From assembly GCA_043745805.1 (NCBI GenBank), contig JAYTSD010000001.1, positions 1 to 64,000 of the forward strand: a stretch of DNA of 64,000 bases, given 5' to 3'. Source of the DNA: Fibrobacteria bacterium. GTDB taxonomy: Bacteria; Fibrobacterota; Fibrobacteria; UBA11236. Positions 49,993 to 60,788 of the stretch are shown here, piece by piece. Both the position numbers and the translations under genes were made by a program. How positions within the stretch are numbered: position 1 is the first letter of the stretch; the number at the start of each line of letters is the position of its first letter. Below the pieces are notes generated by a model. That model was not told the DNA's origin, did no database searches, and saw only the letters and a list, made by a program, of their open reading frames with translations.

Positions 49993-51504
49993 CTACCGTT
50001 GTAAGTTTTGTAAAATAGGTTGGATAGCTTGCTCTACAATATGACTAATCCATCCGGGATAAATGCCCATGGCCACAATGCAAAAAAGCAAAATAAGCAC
50101 TGGGATTTTTTCTACCCAAACCGCATCAGTAAATCCCTCGCTATGGCCGTGTGGTGGACCATTGAGAATGCCATTGATGCCGCGTAAAATATATACCGCC
50201 GTCACAATTATAGAGAGCACACAAAGCGCGGTGCAAATGCGATATAAAGGATGGGCATTGCCAAAGGCTCCCAAGAATAAAGTAAACTCGGCGGCAAAGC
50301 CTCCAAGACCTGGTAAACCAAGGCCTGCTAAACCAGTTATGATAAAAGCTACGCCAATAAAAGGAATGGTTTTCATTAAGCCACCCATTGCGGGAATTTG
50401 GCGTGTATGCGTGCGTTGATAAATCATGCCAATAAGACAAAAGAACAAAGAGGTGAGTAATCCATGGGCTACCATTTGCATTACCGCGCCTTGTAATGAA
50501 AGAGAAGTCAAGGCCGCAAAACCAAATAGCACTAGCCCACAATGCGATACCGAAGAAAAGGCATTTAAGTATTTTAAATCGGTTTGTTTCAGCGCGACAA
50601 AAGCGCCATATACCACATTTAAAGTAGCGAGAATTAAAAATACATCCATCCAAATATGTGCGCCTTCGGGCAATAAATACATAGCAATGCGTATACAACC
50701 GTAACCGCCGAGTTTCATGTGTACGCCCGCTAAAAACATTGATATAGCTGTGGGTGCAGAAGAATGACCATCCGGCGACCAAGTATGAAAAGGAAAGATT
50801 GCGCCAAGTATTCCAAATCCCAAAAACAAAGTAGGAAAGCCCCAATACTGAAAAGTGATATTGTATTTCACTTGGGCGAGCTCTAAAATATTCCAACTTT
50901 GCAATCCCGATTCATAATACAAACCAAATAATCCTGCAAAGATTAAAGCAGAAGCCGCGAGTAACATGAGATTTAATTTCATGGCCGCATATTCTTTGCG
51001 TCCGCTGCCAAATATTCCAATGAGTAAATAAGTGGGAATTAAAGTGATTTCATTGAAAAGGAAAAAGGTGAACAAATCGAAGGAAATAAAACTTCCAAAT
51101 ACGCCCGCAATTAAAATTTGCAAATAGATAAAAAATTCTTTACTTCTTTCCGTGATATTCCAACTCACCAAAACGCCGCAAAGCACAATGATACCTGCGA
51201 GTAGCATCATTAATAAAGATATACCATCAATGCCCACAAAGTATTGAATATGTAATGGCGGGAACCATTCCACTTTTTGGGAAAAATGCAAAGTAGTGAT
51301 TTTGCTAGTAGGATCAAAAGCTTCTGGGTTAGAGATGGCGATAAAGCGAATACTTAAATAAATAAGTAAACCCATGTTTAGTAAGGCAGAAATTAGGCTG
51401 ATACGGCGTGGCCATAAGGCTTTGCCAGGGGGTGTTAGAATTAGCAATAATGCCGTGAATAAGGGTAAAACCCAAGTGGCACTCAGTAAATAGGCTTCGC
51501 TCAA
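49993..51504 (-). CDS. nuoM: NADH-quinone oxidoreductase subunit M
   Basis: GIDGIS, PFHTW.PD.H, MKLGGYG; TTG start overlapping the nuoL stop with GGAGG RBS. Confidence 0.93.
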   Translation of the reverse strand: MSEAYLLSATWVLPLFTALLLILTPPGKALWPRRISLISALLNMGLLIYLSIRFIAISNPEAFDPTSKITTLHFSQKVEWFPPLHIQYFVGIDGISLLMMLLAGIIVLCGVLVSWNITERSKEFFIYLQILIAGVFGSFISFDLFTFFLFNEITLIPTYLLIGIFGSGRKEYAAMKLNLMLLAASALIFAGLFGLYYESGLQSWNILELAQVKYNITFQYWGFPTLFLGFGILGAIFPFHTWSPDGHSSAPTAISMFLAGVHMKLGGYGCIRIAMYLLPEGAHIWMDVFLILATLNVVYGAFVALKQTDLKYLNAFSSVSHCGLVLFGFAALTSLSLQGAVMQMVAHGLLTSLFFCLIGMIYQRTHTRQIPAMGGLMKTIPFIGVAFIITGLAGLGLPGLGGFAAEFTLFLGAFGNAHPLYRICTALCVLSIIVTAVYILRGINGILNGPPHGHSEGFTDAVWVEKIPVLILLFCIVAMGIYPGWISHIVEQAIQPILQNLQR

Positions 51505-53522
51505 AATGGCAAACCTCCAAAACGATATAAGCAATAAATTCCGATAATAGTCATTCCCAAATACAATTGCGTTCTTCCGGTTTGGCAAAAACGCATGATG
51601 GCACCGCCCAAGCGAAAGCTATGCGCGAAGAGATCTAAAACACCATCTACAATATGATCTTCTATCCAGTGTAAGGGTGCAGCCATGCGGCGAAATACCC
51701 AATCATGAGTGATATATAAATACAATTCATCGATATAAAATTTATTACGAATCCATCCATAAACGCCGCTTTTAGCTAATGCAGGAGGCGCAATACGTTG
51801 CGGGCGAGCATATTTAACGAAAGCGATGAGTATGCCTAATATACCTGCACAGGAAGCAACATAAGGTAACCAAGGTGTTTCGGGTAACTTTTCCATTACC
51901 GACATTGCAGGAGTAAAGTGCTCTGGAAAAAAATGATGGGCAAGTATTCCACTTAAAATACTGGGGATAGCCAACAGTATCATCGGTAAGCTCATAAATT
52001 TGTCTTCATGCATTTTATGCGCAGAATGATGTTCCGCTTCCTGGGCATGATGTTTCTTTTTATGTGAGGAGGCTGGGCCATGAAAGATTAAGAAAAAATA
52101 GCGAAACATATAAAAAGCGGTGAGGCCACCCGTAGTGAGTGCTAAAACAAATCCGGGATAATCTCCACTTTGCCAAGTGCTTAATAAAATGGCATCCTTG
52201 GAGAAAAATCCCGATAGCGGCCAAATGCCCGCAATGGCTAAACAGGCGATTAACGTGGTCCAATAAGTGATGGGCAAATCTTTGCGCAATCCGCCGAAGT
52301 CGCGTATGTCCTGGCTATGCACGGCATGAATGAGCATACCAGCCGAAAGGAAAAGTAAGCATTTGAAAAAAGCATGATTGAAAATATGAAATACCGCCGC
52401 GCTATAGCCTAAAGCATTTACTGTTTCCGGTAACTTTGCAGTTCCTAACGCGAATAGCATTAATCCTAATTGTGATAAAGTGGAAAAAGCTAGAATGCGT
52501 TTTAAATCAATTTGAGTGCAGGCTATGATGGCTGCGAATAATGCTGTAAATAAACCCAGTGCTTCGATAAAATGTAAGGTGATATCGGAAGCGGCAAAAA
52601 GCGGGAATAATCGCGCGGTCAAGAATACACCGGCTACCACCATGGTAGCAGAATGAATGATGGAGGATACGGGTGTAGGGCCTTCCATGGCATCCGGCAA
52701 CCAAACATGTAAAGGAAACATTGCACTTTTGCCCCAGCCTCCGGTAAAAATTAGCAGTGTGGTTAAGGTGAGAAGATTAATGCCACCGAGCCAAGTAATA
52801 GGATGATTCAAAGAATTTGCTGTTAATGGCCCATTCAAAATTTCAAAATTTAAACTATGTGCGGTATTGCCTATAATCAAAATGCCAAAAAGAAAAAAGG
52901 CATCGGCGAAGCGCGTGACAATAAATGCTTTTTTACTAGCAGCCACTGCTTCAGGTTTGGTATACCAAAATCCAATTAGTAAATAGGAGGCCGTTCCTAC
53001 TAATTCCCAAAACACAAAAGTTTGCAATAAATTTCCGGCAGTAACTAGACCCAACATGGTGAAACTAAAAAAAGGCAGCAAGGCAAAAAAACGTCCGGCA
53101 CTTTTATCTTCGCGCATATACCCGATGGAATAAAATAAAACCAAGGTGGAGATACAGCAAATCACTACGATCATCATTACCGAAAGTGCATCCCAATAAA
53201 ATGAAAAATGCGCACTCCAATCGATAGCCTGCGACCAATCACGCAATGGAAGCCAAGTGAAATCTCCACTAATTAAAGTTTTAAATGGATACAGTTGGGG
53301 CTTTTCTAGGACTTCCACAAAAAAAGTATGCGCTAAATAAATAGCCAATAAAGTGGCTATGCCCATTAAGCTCACCGAAAGCGTTGCAGCAGCTTTCCAA
53401 CTTTTCTTTCCTAATCCCAAACCATTAATTAAAAAGGCCAAGAGCGGCAAAAGCAAAATCAAATATGCATGTTGAAAAATCCACAACTTGTCCGCCATTA
53501 ACTCAGTCACAGGTTCAGCCAT
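51501..53522 (-). CDS. nuoL: NADH-quinone oxidoreductase subunit L
   Basis: KSAMFPLHVWLPDAMEGPTPVS, HAFFK. Confidence 0.95.
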   Translation of the reverse strand: MAEPVTELMADKLWIFQHAYLILLLPLLAFLINGLGLGKKSWKAAATLSVSLMGIATLLAIYLAHTFFVEVLEKPQLYPFKTLISGDFTWLPLRDWSQAIDWSAHFSFYWDALSVMMIVVICCISTLVLFYSIGYMREDKSAGRFFALLPFFSFTMLGLVTAGNLLQTFVFWELVGTASYLLIGFWYTKPEAVAASKKAFIVTRFADAFFLFGILIIGNTAHSLNFEILNGPLTANSLNHPITWLGGINLLTLTTLLIFTGGWGKSAMFPLHVWLPDAMEGPTPVSSIIHSATMVVAGVFLTARLFPLFAASDITLHFIEALGLFTALFAAIIACTQIDLKRILAFSTLSQLGLMLFALGTAKLPETVNALGYSAAVFHIFNHAFFKCLLFLSAGMLIHAVHSQDIRDFGGLRKDLPITYWTTLIACLAIAGIWPLSGFFSKDAILLSTWQSGDYPGFVLALTTGGLTAFYMFRYFFLIFHGPASSHKKKHHAQEAEHHSAHKMHEDKFMSLPMILLAIPSILSGILAHHFFPEHFTPAMSVMEKLPETPWLPYVASCAGILGILIAFVKYARPQRIAPPALAKSGVYGWIRNKFYIDELYLYITHDWVFRRMAAPLHWIEDHIVDGVLDLFAHSFRLGGAIMRFCQTGRTQLYLGMTIIGIYCLYRFGGLPF

Positions 53523-53820
53523 GTAATTCATCCATGCTTTCAATATCCAAACGATGTTCTTGTTTATAAAGCGAAACTACAATACCTAAGGCCACAGCCA
53601 TTTCGCTGGAAGATACCGCAATGATAAAAGCTGAAAAAATTGATCCGGCAGCCGCATCACCCGCGTGAAAATGCGCAAAGGCAATGAAATTAATTAATGC
53701 AGCGTTGAGCAATAGTTCAATGGACATGAGCATGCCAATAATATGTCTTCTCGTGAAGAGACCATAAAGGCCCAAACAAAACAGTGCTGCCGATAAAATT
53801 AAGCAATGGCCTAAACTCAT
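53515..53820 (-). CDS. nuoK: NADH-quinone oxidoreductase subunit K
   Basis: SIELLLNA, E.AVALG. Confidence 0.92.
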   Translation of the reverse strand: MSLGHCLILSAALFCLGLYGLFTRRHIIGMLMSIELLLNAALINFIAFAHFHAGDAAAGSIFSAFIIAVSSSEMAVALGIVVSLYKQEHRLDIESMDELHG

Positions 53821-54347
53821 GGAGCATTTCCTTTTTGTGCTTTATCATTCACATTGCGTGCTAAAGTAATGGCACCGATGAGGGCTGCTAATAAAAGCAA
53901 AGAAATCCATTCGAATGGAACTAAGAATCCTTCAGAGCCAGCGGAAAGTAAGCGTATGCCTAAATCTTGTAAGGAAGTGGTCGTACCCTCTGTATTACTT
54001 TGATAGGACTTTGCAAAAGGCGCGATACGCGAATACAAAAAAGCGAAAAACCCCATGGCTAAAATGGACGCCCCTAAGGTTTTTAATTTTCCTGGGGATA
54101 TTGATTCTTCTCCTAGTTTATGCGTGAGTAAAACGGCATAGAGTATAAATATCACCACACCACCGATATAAACCAATACCTGCGCAATGGCGATGAACTC
54201 GGCTTTGAGCATGAGAAATAATCCTGCGGTGGTAAACAAGGTGGCCATTAAAGCTAATGCCGCATGCAATAAATTTTTTAAGGTTACGGTTAAAAAACCA
54301 GCACCTACAATGCATCCTGCTAACAAATAAAATAAAACGTCTTGCAT
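53817..54347 (-). CDS. nuoJ: NADH-quinone oxidoreductase subunit J
   Basis: AEFIA..QVLVY.GG, PFE.ISLLLL. Confidence 0.92.
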   Translation of the reverse strand: MQDVLFYLLAGCIVGAGFLTVTLKNLLHAALALMATLFTTAGLFLMLKAEFIAIAQVLVYIGGVVIFILYAVLLTHKLGEESISPGKLKTLGASILAMGFFAFLYSRIAPFAKSYQSNTEGTTTSLQDLGIRLLSAGSEGFLVPFEWISLLLLAALIGAITLARNVNDKAQKGNAP

Positions 54348-54883
54348 TATCGACCGTCTTTTTTATTAAGAATTAAATCCAATTGCGATCTCTCATAAGC
54401 CGCCATTTCAAATTCAGGACCCATATGAATGGCATCGAAAGGGCAAGCTTCTATACATAAGTTGCATAGCGTACATTGCGATAAGCGATACACAAATTGC
54501 CCGAGCACTTTTTTGCTGGCAATATTTTTAGTCATATGAATGCTAATGGTTCCATTCGGGCAAGCTTTTTCACAAAGAGTACAGCCCGTACATTTATGCT
54601 CCCCTTCGGCATCGTGAGGCATAATCACTTGACCACGAAAGCGATCGGCCATTTTTAAAGTCAGGCGATTCTCGGGATATTCGCGCGTGACCACTTTTTT
54701 CGGGTTAAAGAGGTAACCGAAGGTTACCGCCATGCCTTGAAATAAAGAGGGAATCCCCGTAAAAATTCTTTTCCAGTAACCCTTTGAATTTGTAGGTAAC
54801 TCTTTAGTTGCGGTAGCTGATACTTGCTTATTCCCTTCGGCATAAGCAAAAGCTCCTAATGAAATTTTTGGCGTTTCATTCAT
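54347..54883 (-). CDS. nuoI: NADH-quinone oxidoreductase subunit I
   Basis: Two CxxCxxCxxxCP motifs; ATGA overlap with nuoH. Confidence 0.93.
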   Translation of the reverse strand: MNETPKISLGAFAYAEGNKQVSATATKELPTNSKGYWKRIFTGIPSLFQGMAVTFGYLFNPKKVVTREYPENRLTLKMADRFRGQVIMPHDAEGEHKCTGCTLCEKACPNGTISIHMTKNIASKKVLGQFVYRLSQCTLCNLCIEACPFDAIHMGPEFEMAAYERSQLDLILNKKDGR

Positions 54884-55974
54884 GGAAATATCCATCCCAA
54901 ACTAAGCAAACCCGCTCCGAATAATAAATTGACTAAGGTCGCAGGCAATAAAAATTTCCATTCTAAAGCCATGAGCTGATCCACACGCAACCGTGGGAAA
55001 GTCCAGCGAAACCACATATATAAAAAGATAATCGCATAACTTTTGACCATAAACCAAATAAAGCCGGGTATAAAATCCAATAAATGATCCAGCGGGGCAA
55101 AACCAAAATGCGGGGCTAAAAATCCACCTAAAAAGAGTGTAGCGCCTATGCCTGCGGAAATAAACATATTGATAAATTCGGCGAGGAAAAACATGGAAAA
55201 AGAAATACCTGCATATTCGGTATGAAAGCCTGCGGTTAATTCACTTTCAGCTTCCGACATATCGAAAGGTCCGCGATTAAGTTCCGCGGTAGAAGAAATA
55301 AGAAAAAATACAAAGGCTGCTAATCCAGCAACCGGGGCTTTGAAAATCCACCAATCCAGCACGGTTCCACTTTGTGAAAGAACAATTTGATGTAAAGAGG
55401 CTGTGCCACTCATGAGCACAATAAATAACATGCCTAATACTAAAGACACTTCATAAGAAATCATTTGTGCGCCTGCACGCATCGCGCCTAATAGCGAATA
55501 CTTATTATTAGAAGCCCAACCGCCGAGTAATATGCCAAATATACCCAAACCCGATACCGCACTGACATAAAGTAAACCATTATCCAAATCAATAACCTGC
55601 AAGTTACTGTCAAAAGGCAAAATGATCAGTACTAAAAAGGAAGCGGTCATAGGTAATAAAGGTGCTAGGTAATAAGTAAAGACATCGACACCCTTCGGTT
55701 TTAAACCTTCTTTGAGTAGTAGTTTAATGGCATCGGCTACCGCTTGCAATAATCCAAAAGGCCCGACGCGTGTGGGGCCAAGACGCGCTTGAAAATGTGC
55801 ACAAACTTTGCGTTCCAACCAAATCAAAGCAAAAGCACTTATCGTGACAAAAGTCACTAAACTAATAATAGCAATTAAGGCATTGGCAAAAAAATCCCAA
55901 GGCGCAGGTAATACGCTGCGTATCCAATCGCCAAGGGGATGATGAGTAGGGTAAACTAAAGGGGTGACGCTCAT
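54880..55974 (-). CDS. nuoH: NADH-quinone oxidoreductase subunit H
   Basis: ERK...Q.RLGP.RVG, AQMISYE, PFD..EAESEL. Confidence 0.95.
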   Translation of the reverse strand: MSVTPLVYPTHHPLGDWIRSVLPAPWDFFANALIAIISLVTFVTISAFALIWLERKVCAHFQARLGPTRVGPFGLLQAVADAIKLLLKEGLKPKGVDVFTYYLAPLLPMTASFLVLIILPFDSNLQVIDLDNGLLYVSAVSGLGIFGILLGGWASNNKYSLLGAMRAGAQMISYEVSLVLGMLFIVLMSGTASLHQIVLSQSGTVLDWWIFKAPVAGLAAFVFFLISSTAELNRGPFDMSEAESELTAGFHTEYAGISFSMFFLAEFINMFISAGIGATLFLGGFLAPHFGFAPLDHLLDFIPGFIWFMVKSYAIIFLYMWFRWTFPRLRVDQLMALEWKFLLPATLVNLLFGAGLLSLGWIFP

Positions 55975-57116
55975 CGATCAATATCCGGTATGACCAAATC
56001 CAAAGTGGAAATGATAGTGACCAAGTCGGCAATTTTAAAACCTGCGGCCATTTCATTAATAGCACAGAGATTACTCATATTCGGCGAACGACTTTTAATG
56101 CGATAAGGTTTAAAGGTATTTTCCGAAACAATATAAGTGCCGAAAGATCCGCGTGCGGCTTCTACTTGCGCCCAGTATTGACCTTTAGGCAATTTATAAT
56201 TGGGTTTTTCTTTGGCGCGATAAGGCCCTTCGGGAAAAGTCTTCACTGCTTGTTCCAAAATCTTTACGCTCTCACGCATTTCATCAATACGTACTTGATA
56301 ACGATCAAAGCAATCGCCGGTTTTACCGAGCGGAACATTAAAATCAAAACGTGAATAAATAGAATAAGGATCATTTTTGCGTACATCATAATTCACGCCG
56401 GAAGCCCTAGCGACAGGGCCGGTGCAACCATAGTTAATCGCTTGTTCGCGTGTGAGTATGCCTATGCCTGCGGTACGTTCGCGCATAATCATATTATGCG
56501 AAAGCAAGGTGTCGTATTCCTCAATGGATTTTTTCATCCCTTCAATAATTTCTTTGACCTGTGGAATAAAGCCTTCGTGTACATCTTCACTGGAACCGCC
56601 AGGACGAAAATAATTCATGGTGAGACGTGCACCACAAAGCTCTTCAAAAAGCCGCGTGATTTTTTCGCGATCTTTAAAGCCATATAAAAAAGCCGTGACG
56701 GCACCGAGATCCATACCAAAAACACCCCACCATAATAAATGGCTTTGCAAGCGTTGTAATTCCGAAACCATCACGCGAATATATTCGCCACGTTCTGGTA
56801 CACCAATGCCCATGGCCTTTTCAATGGCTAAGCACACACATAAATTATTCATGTGACTACTGAGATAATCCATACGATCGGTCAAATGAATGTATTGCAC
56901 ATAAGTTTCATTTTCACCCATTTTTTCAATGGCGCGATGAATATATCCCAAATGAGGCACTACTTCTAAAACGGTTTCGCCATCGAGTCGTAAGACTAAA
57001 CGCAATACACCATGGGTACTCGGATGTTGCGGACCCATATTTAAAAAATATTCTTGAGTATTACCTTCTCCCGTTTCACGTGGAGCAAAGCCAGCTGGCT
57101 GCATTTTTAATTCCAT
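55971..57116 (-). CDS. nuoD: NADH-quinone oxidoreductase subunit D
   Basis: NMGPQHPSTHGVLRL, GYIHR, C-terminal IDR; no Ni-binding CxxC. Confidence 0.95.
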   Translation of the reverse strand: MELKMQPAGFAPRETGEGNTQEYFLNMGPQHPSTHGVLRLVLRLDGETVLEVVPHLGYIHRAIEKMGENETYVQYIHLTDRMDYLSSHMNNLCVCLAIEKAMGIGVPERGEYIRVMVSELQRLQSHLLWWGVFGMDLGAVTAFLYGFKDREKITRLFEELCGARLTMNYFRPGGSSEDVHEGFIPQVKEIIEGMKKSIEEYDTLLSHNMIMRERTAGIGILTREQAINYGCTGPVARASGVNYDVRKNDPYSIYSRFDFNVPLGKTGDCFDRYQVRIDEMRESVKILEQAVKTFPEGPYRAKEKPNYKLPKGQYWAQVEAARGSFGTYIVSENTFKPYRIKSRSPNMSNLCAINEMAAGFKIADLVTIISTLDLVIPDIDR

Positions 57117-57166
57117 TTAAATAGTCTCATTCATACAGCTAATTAATATGCCTACTCGTATCCTCA

Positions 57167-58390
57167 TTAATAGGGCCTCTTGACCACGCGCGTGACGTCT
57201 TCAAAATCTTTACGCAATGGATGGCCTACAAAATGATCTTCTAAAAATAGGCGACGTAAATCGGGGTGCCCTTTAAAACGAATGCCAAAAAAATCATAGA
57301 CTTCGCGTTCATGCCAATTAGCCGTTTTGTAAATAAAAGCTAAGGTGTCAATTTCCGGGTGCAAGTTATGCGGTAAGCTGCAACGCACAAAAATTTTGTG
57401 CCCATGATCAATGGATAATAAATGCACCACCACATCAAAATGATCTTTCCAATCTATGGCGGTGAGCTCAAACAAAAAATCCATGCGTAAAGCATTGTGG
57501 TTTTTTAAAAAATTAATAAAAGGAATATATTGTTCGGAAGCAACCTGCAAATCTAAAACTTTATCCGTATTAATTTCGGCTAATTTTCCATCGCTGACTT
57601 CGTCCATGCCATATACTTTAAGGTCGGGAAATTTTTCCTTCGCAAGATTATACATATCGGTTGGACTTAAGCCAATAGGTGGAGGTAACACCCTTGGTAC
57701 TTCTTCAAATTTGGGAGGAACAATGCGCTTGGCAATAAAGCCTTTAAATTCAGGATTTTCTAATTTGAATTTTTCCTGCGCTTCTTTTAAACCTTCTTGT
57801 TTAATTTTTTCGGCAGCGTCCCAAGCCTCGGCACTTTTACTGTGTAAGTCGCTAATCGGTTCATGATAGAGTGGGCGTGGTGTAAGTGGACGACGCAAGC
57901 TGCCGGTTTTAATCAAAGCTTGCAATTGCATAATGCCATATAATAAAGCTTCGGGACGTGGAGGACAGCCGGGAATATATACATCCACAGGAATTAATCG
58001 ATCCGCCCCTTTGACTACGGAATAACTATCATAATAAAAAGGACCGCCCGAAATGGTGCAAGCTCCCATGGCAATCACATATTTTGGTCCAGGCATTTGC
58101 TCGTATAAAGTGGTCAAACGCGATCCCATTTTTTCGACTATGGTTCCGGCGAGTACAATTAGATCGGCTTGCCTTGGAGTGGCGCGAGCTACTTCTAAAC
58201 CAAAGCGTGCCCAATCATTGTCGGAAGCGCCAGTGGCCATCATTTCAATGGCGCAGCAAGAAGTGCCGAATACCAATGGCCATAAGGAATTGGCGCGAGC
58301 CCAATTCACTACATAATCAACAGCATTGACCAATTTATCGCCGCCGGGCAAAGGGTCCAGTAGGCCAGGTAACTCCTCCATTACTCCCAT
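57167..58390 (-). CDS. nuoBC: Fused NADH-quinone oxidoreductase subunits B/C
   Basis: SCCAIEM and PGCPPRPE (NuoB); ANWHERE.YD and GHPLRKDF (NuoC). Confidence 0.93.
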   Translation of the reverse strand: MGVMEELPGLLDPLPGGDKLVNAVDYVVNWARANSLWPLVFGTSCCAIEMMATGASDNDWARFGLEVARATPRQADLIVLAGTIVEKMGSRLTTLYEQMPGPKYVIAMGACTISGGPFYYDSYSVVKGADRLIPVDVYIPGCPPRPEALLYGIMQLQALIKTGSLRRPLTPRPLYHEPISDLHSKSAEAWDAAEKIKQEGLKEAQEKFKLENPEFKGFIAKRIVPPKFEEVPRVLPPPIGLSPTDMYNLAKEKFPDLKVYGMDEVSDGKLAEINTDKVLDLQVASEQYIPFINFLKNHNALRMDFLFELTAIDWKDHFDVVVHLLSIDHGHKIFVRCSLPHNLHPEIDTLAFIYKTANWHEREVYDFFGIRFKGHPDLRRLFLEDHFVGHPLRKDFEDVTRVVKRPY

Positions 58391-58767
58391 TCAAGCACCT
58401 TTTTTCTCCAAGCGAATAGTAATCCAAAACTCAGTATAAAAATAAAAATTGCTAGCTCCACCCATATTTGGCCGAGGGATAGGGAAGGAATATGTCCAAG
58501 TTTAATTTCGCGAAAAAGTTTTACCGTGGGGAAGAGGAATAACGCTTCGACATCGAATACCATAAATAGTAATGCGAATAAATAATAGCCGACTTTAAAT
58601 TGAATACGTGCTGTGCCAAAAACCTTTTCTCCACTTTCATAAGCTTCGAATTTGTCTTTCGCATTCGGAAATTTTGGAGCTAAGATTGCCGAGGCAATGA
58701 GCGCTCCACCCACGAATAGTGGGCCGAGTATGGCGAAAATGGCTATAAGTGCATAATGTGTTTCCAA
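58381..58767 (-). CDS. nuoA: NADH-quinone oxidoreductase subunit A
   Basis: YESG, FDVE..FLFP; TTG start with GGGGAGG RBS lying in the queD 3' end. Confidence 0.92.
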   Translation of the reverse strand: METHYALIAIFAILGPLFVGGALIASAILAPKFPNAKDKFEAYESGEKVFGTARIQFKVGYYLFALLFMVFDVEALFLFPTVKLFREIKLGHIPSLSLGQIWVELAIFIFILSFGLLFAWRKKVLEWE

Positions 58768-58768
58768 T

Positions 58769-59134
58769 TTACCCTCCCCTGTATTCGCTACGCGCGGTAC
58801 AAGTTTCATGCAAAATGATAGCACTCAATAAAGGCAATTGCGGCTTAAGTTTCCCCCAAATCCATTTACAGATGATTTCTGAGGTGGGATTATCCAAGCC
58901 GGGTACATCTTCATTGAGATAACGATGATCAAGCTGATCGCGAATGGGGCCAAAAGCTTTTTTCATTTCGGCAAAATCCATCACCCATCCGGTGTCAGGA
59001 TCTAGTGGGCCGGTAACCTGCACTTCACATTTAAAACTGTGTCCATGGAGTCGTCCGCATTTATGTCCCAAACTAACCTTGGGTAAAAAATGGGCGCTTT
59101 CGAAGGTGAATGATTTCACTAAAGTCATTTGCAT
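58769..59134 (-). CDS. queD: 6-carboxy-5,6,7,8-tetrahydropterin synthase
   Basis: [30 protein letters not shown]. Confidence 0.95.
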   Translation of the reverse strand: MQMTLVKSFTFESAHFLPKVSLGHKCGRLHGHSFKCEVQVTGPLDPDTGWVMDFAEMKKAFGPIRDQLDHRYLNEDVPGLDNPTSEIICKWIWGKLKPQLPLLSAIILHETCTARSEYRGG

Positions 59135-59234
59135 CGAATAAATTTAACAAAAGCTCCGAGAATACCATCCCAGAGTTTTGTATGATTTTTTTTAGCAAGT
59201 TTATCTTGGCTATTTATTGCGAGTAAACCGTGCT

Positions 59235-60038
59235 TTAGAGATGCCAAGCGAACATTAATCGTGTGTTCCAGCGTTCATATTCCTCTAAATCGAGGTTCAT
59301 ATCCTTTTTAGGTGAACCTATTTGTGGCAATATGGATAGGCTAACCCACCATTGTTCTCCTGCAAAGGACAAAGCAGGGCCAGCGAATAGGGCGGAATGT
59401 TCTAATTCACCGTCCACCATAATATTATGCTGACGACATTCGGCGCCTAAGCCAATTTTATTATGGATTAGGTAACTTAAGCCCAAATCGGTTTCTAATT
59501 CTACTTCATCTTCCCATTTAACTTTGAGTAGCTCATCGTGGGGTTGGAAATTTTGTTCGGCCACTAAATTGACGGCCACTAAAAAATTATCAAAAGTTTT
59601 ATCAGCAATTATTTTGCCTTCATAGGCCAATTCTTGCGGCCCTAAACCTAATTCGGCATATAGCGCTAATCCCATTATATCCGCTGAAGGATCAAGGAGC
59701 TTGAGCTTCCATTCGGAAGAAATACTAGGAGGATCGTTTTCAGTAATAATTTTGCCAGTTTCCCAATGGGTATTGCCGCCAAAATTAAGGTATAAAGATG
59801 TTTGCAAATAAGGGATTAAGCCCATTTCAAATTCTAGTCTTTGATTCATTCCCGAAAAATAATCTTCTTTGCCCGTTTTCCAGGTATTGGACGTTTCAAT
59901 TTCTTTTTGACCTGGTGCTAAAACTGCGCTTTCATAGGTATAGGTGAAGTGGCGAGTATTTGCTGAAGCTAATAAGGGTAAGCTTAAGAGGGCAGCGGAA
60001 AAGAGAGGATATTTTTTTGTATAAAACGATAATAGCAT
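59235..60038 (-). CDS. Outer-membrane beta-barrel protein, possibly metal-uptake related
   Basis: Signal peptide; FTYTYE...G..EIE start; amphipathic strands; Fur-like box upstream. Confidence 0.55.
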   Translation of the reverse strand: MLLSFYTKKYPLFSAALLSLPLLASANTRHFTYTYESAVLAPGQKEIETSNTWKTGKEDYFSGMNQRLEFEMGLIPYLQTSLYLNFGGNTHWETGKIITENDPPSISSEWKLKLLDPSADIMGLALYAELGLGPQELAYEGKIIADKTFDNFLVAVNLVAEQNFQPHDELLKVKWEDEVELETDLGLSYLIHNKIGLGAECRQHNIMVDGELEHSALFAGPALSFAGEQWWVSLSILPQIGSPKKDMNLDLEEYERWNTRLMFAWHL

Positions 60039-60055
60039 AGATTCTCCTGATAATT

Positions 60056-60070
60056 TGAGATTTAGTCTCA
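60056..60070. promoter_or_regulatory. Fur-family 7-1-7 box
   Basis: TGAGATT-T-AGTCTCA, 17 nt upstream of the barrel gene start. Confidence 0.5.
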
Positions 60071-60299
60071 GTCTTAGATTATAGTTTAGGAAAGTAATGG
60101 GGGCATGTCAATGATTTAGAATTATCAAAAAGACTAGTGGCTTAGTGATGATATCAAAATGATAGGGTTTAAATCAGATAATCGATGATTTAATGGGCTG
60201 GGTATACTAAGTTTTGTGCGGTTTCCATTTTTAAAAGTAATGACTTGCATTCTTTTTTTGAATAGTAATATCATTACCCTCTAACCGAAGGGAAGCGGT

Positions 60300-60788
60300 A
60301 TGGCGCATAAAATTTATAGTTCTGACTTTTATCTAGCGATTTTAAGTGGTTTTTTTATTTTAGGTTGCGCTTCGCAATCCGCTAATGAAAAAAATATTTA
60401 TTTGCGTTACAGTCAAAAAAATCAAAATGAAGCGCATTATTTTTTAGATGGGGAAGAGATTGAGCCCGTTTCGGAAAGCGCAGAGGCTTTGCATACAGAA
60501 AAAAAATCCTCGCAAAACATTTTGGCATTTTCTTTTCCAAAGAATTTTAAAAAAGAAAAGAATCAGTACTGCACATTTACAGTAGCCGTTGCCGGATATG
60601 GAAAAAAAGATTTTTTACTGAATCTTGAATCTAAACGTGCCTCTTCTCCAAAAGCCTTTGATTTAATGCTGACTATTCGTGAGAATAAAACTTTGGATAT
60701 TTATTTAAATATTCCTTATGGATCGAATGAAAGTAATTTAACCACCTTAAATTTTGGTGGAGAAAAAAAGGTCGCGCATGTGGAATAA
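60300..60788 (+). CDS. Hypothetical lipoprotein
   Basis: ILGC lipobox. Confidence 0.6.
   Translation: MAHKIYSSDFYLAILSGFFILGCASQSANEKNIYLRYSQKNQNEAHYFLDGEEIEPVSESAEALHTEKKSSQNILAFSFPKNFKKEKNQYCTFTVAVAGYGKKDFLLNLESKRASSPKAFDLMLTIRENKTLDIYLNIPYGSNESNLTTLNFGGEKKVAHVE

Noticed and set aside
55971-58390. Group 4 [NiFe] hydrogenase
   Set aside because: Large subunit lacks both CxxC motifs; NuoB has the complex I tandem CC
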